This document shows, in pieces, positions 43,460 through 56,210 of a stretch of DNA of 64,000 nt. The stretch lies in the NCBI GenBank assembly GCA_043228905.1, contig JBHGNT010000011.1:2418001-2482000 (forward strand), in the 5' to 3' direction. Every line of letters begins with the position of its first letter. Within the stretch, counting starts at the first letter, position 1. Position numbers and translations under genes: made by a program. Origin of the DNA: Azolla caroliniana (lineage: Eukaryota; Plantae; Polypodiophyta). The notes below the pieces were generated by a model. The model was given only the letters and a program-made list of their open reading frames with translations. It searched no databases and had not been told where the DNA came from.

Positions 43460-46400
43460 TGTTGGGAGACAGGTCCCTCCGGATGGGAAGGGAGAAGAAC
43501 AATGCCGACGAACAAACTCGGCCGAGGCCGAAACGGTATGAGGAACACCCGGCTACGGAGAGCCGGATGGTGCAGGCCCGGTATGAACCGGATGAGGAGC
43601 ACCCGGCTACGGAGAGCCGGATGGTGCAGGCCCGGTATGAACCGGATGAGGAGTACCCGGCTACGGAGAACCGGATGCCGGATGAGGAGTACCTGGCTAC
43701 GGAGAGCCGGATGGTGCAGACCCGGTATGAACCGGAGGAAGAGACATATTCGTAAATATGTTTCTGAGAGCCCATTGTGGCTATATTTGTAAATAGCCGA
43801 AAAGTCATATTAGTATAAATATGACTTAGGGCAAAACTAATTATGTTGTAATTTTTCTTTGTTGGTGCAAGAAGAAGAGAGAGCGCGTAACTGTACATAG
43901 AGAGAGAGAGAGAGAGAACGAGATCGTTGCCTCTGTTGTAACCGCCGCCTGTGGCGAAGATCGTGAGTCCGAGGTTGTTGCCTCTGTGTACTCACTGTTT
44001 TGTACATTCATACATAGTGACAGTTTGCAGCCTGTGGGCTGCCGTGGTTTTTCCCCTAGTTTGGGGTTTTCCACGTTAACCTCCTGTGTACCATTTCTCT
44101 TCTTTGTGTCGTGTTCTATTTCCCGTTTTCTGTGTATGAAAAGATTCTCGGTTGTCGCCGAGCGTTGGACATAAGGAACGACAAGTTCCCGTCAAATGGT
44201 ATCAGAGCGAAATCGACACAGAAAATGGACGAATCATTTGGCGGCATGTTCAAGCTCACCGGCTCCAACTATTCAGTATGGAAGTCGAAGATGAGGGACA
44301 TGCTCGTTGTTAAAGACCTCTGGCTACCGGTACAGTTCGGGGACAAGAGACCGGACAAAATTGACGCCGCGATATGGGAGGTGATGCACATGAAGACAAC
44401 GACGTACATACGGTGCTTCATCGACATGAGCCTGTACAACAACTTCAATGAAGAGAGCAAGGCTCATGAACTCTGGGAGAAGATCGGCATAATGTTCCAG
44501 AACAAAAATGTTGTCAATCAGGTGTCGGTATTCCGGAATCTAGTAAGACTCCGGTACCAAGATGGCTCCAGCATGGCGGAACACATGAATGCCTTCCAGG
44601 GGCTGATACACCAGGCAACGTCATTGGAAGTACCTCTTGCCGACGAGGTACTAGCGCTACTCCTGCTCGGTTCCCTCCCGGATAACTGGGAGACGTTGGT
44701 TGTCACTTTGGGCAACGCCGGATGGGAAATGAAGGTACGTGCCGAATCGTCGACATAGGAGACGTGTGGCTAACAACACCAACCGGATGCAAGTTGCTGT
44801 TGAAGGATGTCCGACACGTTCCGGAGGTTCGTCTGAACCTGATATCAGCCGGTCGGCTAGATGATGAAGGCTACACGGGTAGCATCCGGAACGGTGTCAT
44901 GAAGTTCAGCAAAGGGAGCCTGATTGTGGCTCGGGCCCGGAAGGTAAACACGTTGTACCTAATGAATGCCCGGTTATGTCCGGAAGAAGCGAACGTGGCA
45001 TCCGACACTGCCGGTGAGCTGTGGCACAAGAGGCTGTGTCATATGAGCGAGAAGGGGATGAAGAGGCTTGCAGATGACAACCTCATTCCAGTGAAGAACT
45101 TGCACTTAGAGAAGTGCACTAACTGTCTGGCCGGTAAGCAGAACCGGACCTCCTTCCGACCAAGGCCACCGATGAGACGTAATGCACCACTGGAGTTGGT
45201 GCATACGGATGTGTGTCAAGTAGACACGAAGTCACATGCCGGAGCGCAGTACTTCGTGACGTTCATAGATGACCACAGCCGGAAGCTGTGGGTCACACCG
45301 TTGACGACAAAGGATCAGGTGCTATCCGTCTTCAAAGAGCTCCACGCGAGAGTGGAAAGAGAAACCGGCCGGAAGCTGAAGGCGGTTCGAGCAGATAATG
45401 GAGGAGAGTACCGGGGGCAGTTCGAGGAGTACTGCCGCTCGAAGGGAATCCGGCTCGAATTTACCGTGCCGAAGACGCCGGAACTAAACGGACTGGCCGA
45501 GAGGATGAACCGAACCATAATGGAGAGGGTCCGGAGTATGCTAGCACATGCAAAACTACCCAAGAAGTTTTGGGTTGAGGCACTATCGACGGCGACATAC
45601 GTGATAAATAGATCACCCTCAGTACCCTTGGACGGAGACATGCCACAGAGAGTGTGGACCGGTAAGGAAGTATCCTACTAGCATCTGAAGGTGTTCGGGT
45701 GTCTCGCGTATGTGCATGTAGCAAAGGACAGGAGAGGAAAGTTAGATCCAAAGACCCGGCCATGCATATTCCTCGGTTACGGTGACGATGAGTTCGGCTA
45801 CCGAGTGTGGGACCCGGTCGACAAGAAGGTATTCCGGAGTCGAGATATTATCTTCATGGAGGACAAGACGCTCGCCGACTAGGAGTCGGAAAAGAAGATA
45901 ATGAACTCTGAGTCGACCGGTAAGGATAGACTCTACGATGAGCAGACCCAACCGGCAAGAGACCGGTTAGCACTCGAGGAACCAGCCGGTTACGGTGAGG
46001 ATACCGAACCGACAGAAGAAGAGGTAGAGGAAGCTGAGAACGGAACTGGCCTAGACCCCGAATCGGATTCGGATGAAGAGCAAATAGAGGAGCCGGCTAC
46101 CGAAGCCCAAAGACGGAGATACCCTCTAAGAGAGAGAAGGGCCCCCCGGAGATTTCCGGATGCAGAGCATGTTCTGCTGACCGATGAGGGGGAGCTGGAA
46201 AGCTTCGAAGAAGTGAAGGAAGACACCCACAGCCGAAAATGGTTAAGTGCCATGCAGGACGAGATGGATTCCCTGCATGAGAACCATACATACGAATTGG
46301 TGGAGTTGCCGAAAGGAAAGCGGGCACTCCGAAACAAGTGGGTGTACAAGTTGAAACCGAGAGATGTCGGCAACCCCCCGAGGTACAAAGCCAGGATCGT

Positions 46401-48507
46401 GGTAAAGGGGTTCCACCAGAAGAAGGGCATGGACTTCGACGAGATATTTGCCCCGGTAGTAAAGATGACCTCCATCCGGACGGTGCTTAGTATAGTAGCA
46501 AGCATGGACCTCGAGGTAGAGCAGCTGGACGTGAAGACGGCATTCCTTCACGGCGACCTCGAAGAGGAGATCTACATGCAGCAACCGGAAGGATTTGTGG
46601 AGAAAGGGAAGGAGCACCTGGTATGCCGGTTGAAGAAGAACTTGTACGAACTGAAGCAGGCTCCCCGGCAATGGTACCGAAAGTTCGACTCCTTCATGAC
46701 CGATCAAGGGTACCACAAGACGCAGGCCGATCACTGCGTGTTTGTGAAGAAGTTCGAAGCAGGGGACTTCCTGATACTCCTCCTGTACGTGGATGACATG
46801 ATGATCGTCGGACGAGACCAAGTTAAAATATGGATGCTGAAGAAGGCTCTCAACCGGACCTTCTCAATGAAAGACTTGGGTCCGGCAAGACAGATGTTGG
46901 GGATGCACATCATTCGGGACCGGTTAAAGAAGCAATTATGGCTGTCACAGGAGAAGTACGTGACAAAGGTGCTTCACCGGTTCAACATGTCAAATGCGAA
47001 ACCGGTCGGATCGTCACTTCCGGCAAACTGCAAGCTATCCGGCAAGCAAAGCCCGAAGACGAAAGCAGAGAAGGCGGATATGATGAAGATTCCATATGCC
47101 TCTGCCGTCGGGAGCTTGAAGTACGCAATGGTTTGTACCCGACCGGATATTGGATACGCAGTTAGAGTGGTGAGCCGGTTCATGAGCAATCCCGGCAAGG
47201 AGCACTGGAACACAGTCAAATGGATACTCCGGTACTTGAAGGGCACTTCAAATATGTGTCTACGATTCGGCTCCGGAAAACCTCAACTAAACGGTTTCAC
47301 CGATTTGGACATGTCGGCGGATGTGGATACCAGCCGGTCTACATCCGGGTATGTAATGACATATGCAGGGGGAGCTATTTCGTGGCAGTCGAGGCTGCAG
47401 AAGACGGTTGCATTGTCAACCACGGAGGCGGAGTACATGGCGGCTGTGGAAGCCGGCAAGGAAATTTTATGGATGAAGGACTTCATCGGAGAGCTCGATA
47501 TACGGCAAGAGGAATATCGACTCTATTGCGACAGTCAAAGTGCCATCCACCTGGCTAAAAATGTGGCCTACCATTCCCGGACGAAGCATATCCAGCAGAG
47601 GTATCACTGGATCCGGGAAAGAGTAGATGACCAGGAGTTCGCACTGACGAAGATCCACATGGCCGAGAACGGGTCAGATATGCTGACCAAAGTGCTGACA
47701 CCCGACAAGCTGGATGCATGCCGGAAGAGAATCGGACTGGAAAGACACCCCATGCCGGAGTGAAGGGGGAGTTTGTTGGGAGACAGGTCCCTCCGGATGG
47801 GAAGGGAGAAGAACAGTGCCGACGAACAAACTCGGCCGAGGCCGAAATGGTATGAGGAGCACCCGGCTACGGAGAGCCGGATGGTGCAGGCCCGGTATGA
47901 ACCGGATGAGGAGCACCCGACTACGGAGAGCCGGATGGTGCAGGCCCGGTATGAACCGGATGAGGAGTACCCGGCTACGGAGAGCCGAATGCCGGATGAG
48001 GAGTACCTGGGTACGGAGAGCCGGATGGTGCAGACCCGGTATGAACCGGAGGAAGAGACATATTCGTAAATATGTTTCTGAGAGCCCATTGTGGCTATAT
48101 TTGTAAATAGCCGAAAAGTCATATTAGTATAAATATGACTTAGGGCAAAACTAATTATGTTGTTGTAATTTTTCTTTGTTGGTGCAAGAAGAAGAGAGAG
48201 CACGTAACTGTACATAGAGAGAGAGAGAGAACGAGGTCGTTGCCTCTGTTGTAACCGCCGCCTGTGGCGAAGATCGTGAGTCCGAGGTTGTTGCCTCCGT
48301 GTACTCACTGTTTTGTACATTCATACATAGTGACAGTTTGCAGCCTGTGGGCTGCCATGGTTTTTCCCCTAGTTTGGGGTTTTCCACGTTAACCTCCTGT
48401 GTACCATTTCTCTTCTTTGTGTCGTGTTCTATTTCCCGTTTTCTGTGTATGAAAAGATTCTCGGTTGTGGCCGAGCGTTGGACATAAGGAACGACAAGTT
48501 CCCGTCA
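43460..48507 (+). mobile_element. Family-A (Tnt1-like) Copia with both LTRs, TSD TTCGG and an internal deletion
   Basis: LTRs 43460-44194 and 47774-48507 (about a dozen substitutions by eye), TSD ttcgg 43455-43459 and 48508-48512, PBS tggtatcagagcg 44197-44209, PPT gaagggggagtt 47762-47773. ORFs 44226-44758, 44722-45681, 45901-47763 (RT YVDD, RNase H). Confidence 0.97.
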
Positions 48508-51500
48508 TTCGGGAAGCAACACTGGTTTCCATTCCCCACCGAATGAAACCAGAGTCATAACAAGCTCGACTTAATCCATTTGGATGTATGGGGACCGACA
48601 CAAAACGTTAGTCTTGGCGGGAGTTGGTACTTCGTCTCCTTCATCGACGACTACAACCGACACACTTGGATCTACTTCATTGAGAGGAAAAGCAAAGTTT
48701 TCGAATGTTTATGGAACCTTTAAAGCTTAGTTGAACGGGAAACGGAGAGAAAGATTAAGTGCTTGCGGTCGGATGGCGGAAAAGAATATTTTTCTAGCCA
48801 ATTCAACAACTATCTGCAACAGAAAGGAATTCGGAGAGAATTCAGCTATTGATACACACCGGAACAAAACGGTGTGGCCGAAAGGAAGAACTAGTCGATT
48901 GTCGACACGACAAGGGAAATATTGGAGGAGAAGAGCATGCCCAAGTTCTACTGGGCTGAGGCAGTCCGGACGGCCGTCTACATTCAAAACCGGATCGGAG
49001 ACAATGTGTCAGCACATGAGTTGTATTTCGGGCGGAAGCTGAATTTGAGACACCTTCGGATATTCGGTAGCATAGCATATGTGCATGTACCGGATGAGAA
49101 GCGGAGGAAGCTGGATCCGAAGTCGGAGTAGTGCATACTCGTCAACTACCCCCATGAACAGAAGGGGTATAAGTGTTATAACCCCCGAACTAAACATGTC
49201 TGAGTAAGTCGAGATGTCAAGTTTGATGAGTCGGTATCATGGTACTCTCTCCCAGTCCAACTCCTGACGAAGACCCAATTCCAGAGGATGAGGTTAGTGA
49301 ACTTGGAGAGGTTCAGGTAGAAGATGAAGAAGGATTCGGTACTCTAGATGAGAGTCAGATCTCATTCCGACTAAGTGGGCTGAATGAGCGGCTATGTCGG
49401 AATGACCAGTCAGATGAAGAACATGCGAGTAGTGGAGACTCTGTCGTGCTCTCCCCACACAAGAAACTGAGGAGACGAATCATGCGCAAAGAGAAGGGGA
49501 AGAAAAAGATGTTGGAATACGACACCGTCAGCGAAGAGTCAGATTGGAGTGATTCTGACTCTGGATAGAATGAAGCCAGATCTTCAGAAATGAAATCCAA
49601 ACTGGCCAAGAAAGGCCTCAAATCGGCGGACGAAAAGTTGTGCCGGTCAACCCGCCAAAAGAACCTTGTAAAATGGTATGGATACAATGAGTACATGGTG
49701 CATCACTATGCATACATGACCAAAGGTGATGGAAGTGTGTGAGCTGAAGAGCTACACAGAAGCAGCGAAAGACGCAAATTGGCGTGCTGCTATGGAAGAA
49801 GAAATGTTGGCACTCGATGCCAATGACACTTGGGACCTGGTTGACCCTCCCCGACAGCGTAAACCGATTGGTTGTAAGTGGGTATATAAGGTGAAGTACA
49901 ATGTTGACGGTTCGGTCGACCGGTACAAGGCCCGGTTAGTGGCGAAGGGATACGCACAGACCCACGGAATCGACTACGACGAGACCTTCGCTCCAGTAGC
50001 AAAGATGACGATGGTTCATGTGGTGTTGGTGGTTGTTGTGGCAAGGCGGTGACATCTTCACCAAATGGACGTGAAGAATGCGTTTTTTCAAGGTGACCTT
50101 GAAGAACGGGTCTATATGATCCAACCCCCCGGTTTCCAATCGAAGATGAACAAGTCGACAGTGTGCCGACTCAAGAAGTCGCTTTACGGTCTGAAGCAAG
50201 TCCCCCGATCTTGGAATGCGAAGATCACGCACCGGTTGTGTAAGATGGGTTTTGCGTCCTCAAAGTCCGACTCTTCACTGTTCATCCGGATGATCCGGTT
50301 TGTATCCTGCTATATGTAGATGATTTAGCTATCACTAGACCCGGACTCGCTGAAATCAGTAGAGTGAAGTCCCAGTTGTTGGACGCATTTGAATGAAGGA
50401 CCTGGGGGACCTTCATTATTTTCTTGGGATCGAGGTGATCCGAACCCTCGACAACATATTGCTCTTACAAAGACACTATGTGCTTAATATGTTGTACAAA
50501 TTCGGCATGACGAAATGCCGACCGATCTCCACACCCCTGGACCGGAACTTGAAGTTACATCTTGACTCCGGACCGGCCTGCGATGAGAAACGGTTCCGAC
50601 GAATTGTCGGAAGCCTTATCTACTTGACAATCACTTGACCCGACATCAATTATCCAATCAAAGTGATCAACCAATTTATGCAAATGCCGACCATGGAGCA
50701 CCTTCAGTGCGCGCATCCACTATTGTGGTATGTGAGCAACATGAAGGACCGAGGACTGTTATACCAACACGGTATAGCTGGGAAGCTAGTCGGATATACG
50801 GATGTTGATTGGGCTGGTGATGCATTGGATCACCGATCCACCTCCGGTTTTATGTTCTCTCTTGGTAGTGCGGTTGTTGCGTGGAGCAGCCAAGAGTGGC
50901 TCTGTCGAGCACTGAGGCTGAATACCGGGGCGCTACCATTGCCACCTGTGAAGCCATTTGGCTTCAGTGATTGGTGTGAGACCTCCGGATCGAGGTGCCG
51001 ACCCCAATCCTGATCTACTGCGACAACGTAAGTACCATATAACTCGCTAAGAACCCTATATTCCATGCTCAGACAAAGCACATAGAAGTGCATTATCACT
51101 TTGTCCGTGAGCGGTGAAGTTGAACTTCGATATGTTCACTTATCCGGGTAATGGGACAGGATAAGGAGCCTGAGAGAAAAAGGAAGTTGAACAAGTCGGA
51201 GCAAGCAGCAACAGGGACAGATTCAAGAAGGACAGAGCCGACCAGAACAAGGCCAAGACCCAGACATGGTTTGATGTGGTGAAGGGACTGAAAACGAAAG
51301 GACAAGAGCTGGAACAAATCGGAGGAATCCGATTCGGTTCAACAATTTGATTCAGAGGAACCGGATCAACTAAAGGCCAAGCGGACGAGAAGACAACGGA
51401 AGTCGACACCGACACGGAGGAACCGATGGATCGACAAGCATCGAAGTCATAACAGCGAAGGAGTTGAATTGGGCCTGTTGAGTAGACAAGCCGATCGAGG

Positions 51501-52079
51501 AGGTTGAGGTGCGCAAAATCAGAAGGATCGTGGCAAACAGGACCGGACCGGATGAGGAGCGCGAGCAAGGCGGAGTGACGCCGGAAGGAGCCAAGTGGAA
51601 GGACCGGCTGTCATGGAGACTGACACTACGATCCGACCTCAAGTTGAGCTTGAGCGGGAGTATGGAGCGGCAAGCTCAACCGGATCCGGATCGGCATCCG
51701 GAAGGATGAAGCCGGATCGGTGAGACGGATCGGCGAGCCGGTGAGCTGGGGAGCCGATTAGTTGGATCAAACAGTAACCAGAAGCCTAATAGTAGCCTAG
51801 ACTACTAGGTAGTTAATAGTCTCGTAGTTAGTGTCTGACGCTCGAGTGAGCATTGAAGTACGCGGTACTTCTGTCAGTCCTCTTAGGACTTGTATAAATA
51901 GTGTTGTTGAGCACGTTTTATGTACAGAGTATTAGAGATTGAGTAATATTTTTTTGAATTGATTTTTTGAGTGTTCTCTCTCTCTGTCTCTTTGTCTCTC
52001 CCGCGTACTATAAAGCTTTCCATTAAACTTGTGTTTCTGTGCTCGGTTTTCTACTTGCTTCTGCACATAATCTTTTACA

Positions 52080-52835
52080 ATCTTGTATTCCCAAGATACA
52101 AAATTGTTTCTGTCGAGTTTCTCGGTAGGAAGAGCGCTCTTGAGTCTTCTTATTCTCTGTGATACGAACTATGTAGGTTGCTGCTATAGTGATCGACCGG
52201 TTCTTTGTGAACGTAGGCTTAGACACAACACACACGGATAAGCTTGGATCAGGCTACCAATCACTCTAATACCATGTAAATAATCAAGAGTGATTATGTG
52301 CAACGGAATTGATATGAATTAGAATTAGAATTTTTATCGTCCATAAAGAGGCCAATTTTGACGGTAAGGTTAAATATGTGCAATGATATGTGCACATTAC
52401 ACAAACACTTGAAAATAAGCCTAGGGCCTAGTGGCATTTTGTGCATACCGAGGGGTGCAAATAAGGTTTTGAACATTGCACCTCCAAGGTGGAATAGGAG
52501 ACAATTGATGTACCACTAAGCTAAGTCGTTGTGTGAGTGAGAAGGAGAGAAATAGAGAGAGTTCGACGTATATAGAAAAGGCAAGTAAAAACTGTATTAA
52601 CAAGGAGCACAATACAAGAATAACCACCAACTTATTACAAGGGAGGTGAGAGAGCAATTATATATAGTCACCTTCCCACTATTCTCTTTATACAACCACC
52701 ACTTAACTAAAGAGAGGTGGAGTCTTAACTACACGGAATATGTGTCATAGAACTATAAGATTCTATGACACATTAGTTAATATAGTAGGTGGTGGGGTGT
52801 TCCCACACTAGGGAAGTTGAGTTTGATTCTCAACA
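52080..52835 (-). mobile_element. 5' LTR, PBS and leader of another LTR element, cut at the Copia-B 3' LTR
   Basis: LTR 52275-52835 (TGTTGAGAAT...ATTTACA on minus), PBS tggtattagag 52264-52274. Confidence 0.7.
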
Positions 52836-53189
52836 CATGGCCTCGAGGACAATACAAACCACGAGCATTTTCCTGATATGGTCATATTCTTCAGCGATCA
52901 CTGTCGGCTTAATTTTACCTAGTCTTGCAGGGGCCCTGTTCTGGAAGTGGTAGCGGCTTATTCGATAGCAAAGAGAGGGTGCTCGTGTCGTGCATGGGGC
53001 CGATTGACGGGCGAGTCGCCAAGTTCTCTCTCTGTATGACCCCGTCTCTCTCTCTCTCTCTCTCTCTCTCGGTCTGCAGGTCAATAGGTTTCCGAAAAAA
53101 CGAGAAGCAGCGGAAACCCGAAGCAAAGAAGAAGACATGCATTTCCGGGGTTTGGCACTTTAAAGTTGCCAAGTTCCAAACGTTTCTTC

Positions 53190-53245
53190 AGGCCCGAAAC
53201 GGTCGGAAACGGTCGGAAACGGCCGAAACGGCCCGAAACGGTCGG
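53190..53245 (+). repeat. 10-bp tandem repeat gg(c/t)c(c/g)gaaac
   Basis: ggcccgaaac ggtcggaaac ggtcggaaac ggccgaaac ggcccgaaac. Confidence 0.85.
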
Positions 53246-53389
53246 TTGTTTGCTATAGTGTCTTGAATGGACATGCGCAGGAACGGGCCGAACAGAAGAT
53301 GTCGGAGAAACGGTGCGCATGCCGATGGACAGGAACAGTTGAGAGGAGAGATTCCTCCATGCGAGCATGTTTTGATCTGATGTGGAGAA

Positions 53390-54090
53390 CATTGGACGGA
53401 ACAGCTAGAGAAAGCTCTGAGAATGCGAGGATGCGGATGGCTAATGCCTTGTTGATGGATGTGGAAAGCTCCGGGTAAATGGTGTGTAATGTTGATAGGC
53501 TATGGAAAGGAACAGTTTTGAGAAAGCTTCCGAGAATGTGAGATACGATTCGATGGATATGGAAAGCTAGAGAAAGCTCTGAGAATGCGAGGATGCGGAT
53601 GGCTAATGCCTTGTTGATGGATGTGGAAAGCTCCGGGTAAATGGTGTGTAATGTTGATAGGCTATGGAAAGGAACAGATTTGAGAAAGCTTCCGAGAATG
53701 TGAGATACGATTCGATGGATATGGAAATCAGCAGCTAGAGGCATCTCTCAGAATGTGAGTTGTTGGTGGATATGGCAACGAACATTTAGAAACGTCTCTC
53801 AGAAGGGAGTATGTTGAAGGATATAGAAAAAGAATAGCTAGAAGCATCCCTCAAACTGGAGTATTTTTTATGGCTAAGAAAAGGAAAGTAACACTTATAA
53901 ACGTCTCTGATAATGGAGTATGTTGATGGATAAGAAAAGGAAAGAAACACTCATAAACCTATCTGAGAATGGAGTATGTTGATGGATATGGAAAAGAGCA
54001 GTGAGAGAAGGCCCTCAAAATGGAATTTGTCGATGGATATGGTACGAAACAGTTAGAAGAAGCTCCAAAAATGGAGTATCTAGGTTGATA
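53390..54090 (+). repeat. Compound tandem repeat: 162 bp x2 built on a degenerate ~51-bp unit; possible decayed repeat-protein gene
   Basis: Near-exact duplication 53402-53563 / 53564-53725; later units read MEYVDGYGKEQxEKALK-like in one frame, with stops and frameshifts. Confidence 0.7.
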
Positions 54091-56210
54091 TAAAGACTAC
54101 TATGGGGGCGGGAAAAGGTTACTTGAGGATATTCCAATGGTTTCTCTTCATATGTGCGGCTTTGATGAGGAAAAAGTCTTGACTGACCCTATCAAACCTA
54201 GAATATGAACATTAATATACAGGATGATATCACATGTATGGTTTTTCTTTGGCCATATTAAGATTCAAACCGGTTGGATTTGAAGAGGATGAAAACTTGT
54301 TGAGAATCTTTCATACATAGATGATGAACTAATAGCAATCTGTTCAAAGATAACTTGGATGATGGACTTTATCAAAGTCACTTACATTATAAAAACAGAT
54401 AATGATACTAGAAACAATAGTTTAAGGAACATATGAAGAAGCCTAATGTTACTCTGATCACTGATAGAAATGAAGTAAAATGAATCTAAGAAGGGTCTTT
54501 GACCCGAGGAGATTTTGTACTTATTGGAGTTTACCTCAAAGAAAGTCGAAAACTCCCTCACTAAAGGTATGCTTGTTTTTGTATTTTTTTAATGTTCATT
54601 ATGATTGCATAGTAACATGCGATGCATGTTTCTATCTGATTGGTGCTACAATCAAAACGATGATGGTTAATGGCTATCAATAAATATCGATGACTGTACT
54701 TAGATTGATCATAATCTATGTAACAAATGATTGATCTAATCATACTTTTTATGCATACCTTTGTATTTAAAACGAAGTTGGTATTGAAGTCACCCTCAAC
54801 CCTCTCTGAATTAAAAAGGCAGAAAGTAGAGGTCATAGCTTTTGGAAGTAAAATAAAATCTGCTTCATTATTTTCCGGTGGTGCCCTGAACTATTTCATA
54901 GACTGTAATTTACAAAGGATATTGGCCACTTGACTTATGAAACCAAGATGAGCTGGATGCATGTGATAAAGGTTTACAATGCTCATAATCTATGTAGCAA
55001 ATGATTGAACTAACCATACATTTTTAAATGTACCTTTTTAAATATACCACCCCCCCCCCCCTCCCCCCCCACCTTCCACCAATCATCTGAATTAAAAAAG
55101 TAGAGACCATATCTTTTGGAAGTTCATGCTTAGCCAAAACATCTTTAATTTCATCCATAGTCATATTTGAGGCTTAACACTATATTAAAATTTAGTTAAT
55201 ATTTCCTGCCATGATGACCCATGGTGACAGTTATTTTTCTGATTTGATCTGTTTGACGTAGACATGAATCAGGATAAGCTGACCATTAGGTACGAATGTA
55301 ACCTCCATGTGATTCAGTGTCTGTTGGATTTTGGCTGTCCCATATGGATGTATGAATTGTTATTGAATTTACCCTATATGGCTTTTGGTCTGTTAATACA
55401 TTCATACTGTGTAATCAACTTCCTTTTCTCTGATTTTCTGGATGAAGTAGAGAAGCTGTGAAAACCTACATAATTTTGCTTAATGTGAAGCGTGGTTCCT
55501 TCATGAATTAAACGTAGATCTTAAGGCTATAAGAGTTTTTGATTCCACATTGCTGACGAGTTGGTGCCTAGGGATGGGTTTCCAATTACCTCAAGATAAC
55601 CCAATCCATTTTATCTGAAAAAGAATTTTTCGACTTGTTTCCTGCAATGTTCAGCATTATAAGCTTTGTAGGCAAGGCACTACATATCACATTTTCCCAT
55701 TCGTGAGAGCAAAGCTCACTCTCCCTTATGTTTCCTTCCAATGTTAAAACATTACGAGCTTTGTAGGTAAGGGGCTCTATGTTGTTGGAAGGTGACAACC
55801 TTAGAACTAATATCTCCCTCCTACACTCTATCTACATGTTTTCTCTCTCTAGGTTACCTTTACTCCAGTATTTATTTCCTCTGATTTTTCAGACCTGACA
55901 CTACATTACAATATTTACTATGTTGTATTTTTCTCCCTGTGACTCCACTATTTTGACTCATTATGCACTTGGCCATACTTATCCCCCTTTAGTAGATGCA
56001 TCTGTTACAACCCCACTCTAATGTTTGTATTTAAAGGCATTGGGCCTCACAGAAAAATATAGTTCTTGTTTCGTTTTTCTTTTCTGCTGCTGCTAGCGTC
56101 TTTGGCACCTTACCACGTTCGTAGAAATTTTCTCATATGGTGTTAGAGCTGTCTGCTACAATTGTTGTGTATCCCGAATGGATGTCAAATCATCTTTTTG
56201 AATATCAACT

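Larger units (their letters stand above)
35648..52079 (+). mobile_element. Family-B Copia, probably chimeric (discordant LTRs, no TSD), hosting two younger elements
   Basis: 5' LTR 35648-36111, PBS tggtatcagagtg 36112-36124, gag 36207-36446 resuming at 42071, PR and GAG-pre-integrase to 43459, resuming at 48513 with INT, RT and RNase H to about 51140, PPT about 51650-51660, 3' LTR 51661-52079. Confidence 0.85.

Noticed and set aside
43540-43745. CRISPR-like array (also 26823-26995, 53390-54090, 63010-63200)
   Set aside because: Tandem units without unique spacers, eukaryotic context, no cas genes
47604-48320. 238-aa and related ORFs across the family-A LTR repeats (EHPATESRMVQARYEPDE units)
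   Set aside because: Arise from 54/36-bp U3 repeats whose lengths are multiples of 3; not conserved in the other related LTRs
53253-53744. 163-aa minus-strand ORF with an internal repeat
   Set aside because: Openness explained by the 162-bp duplication; leader and splice signals point to the plus strand
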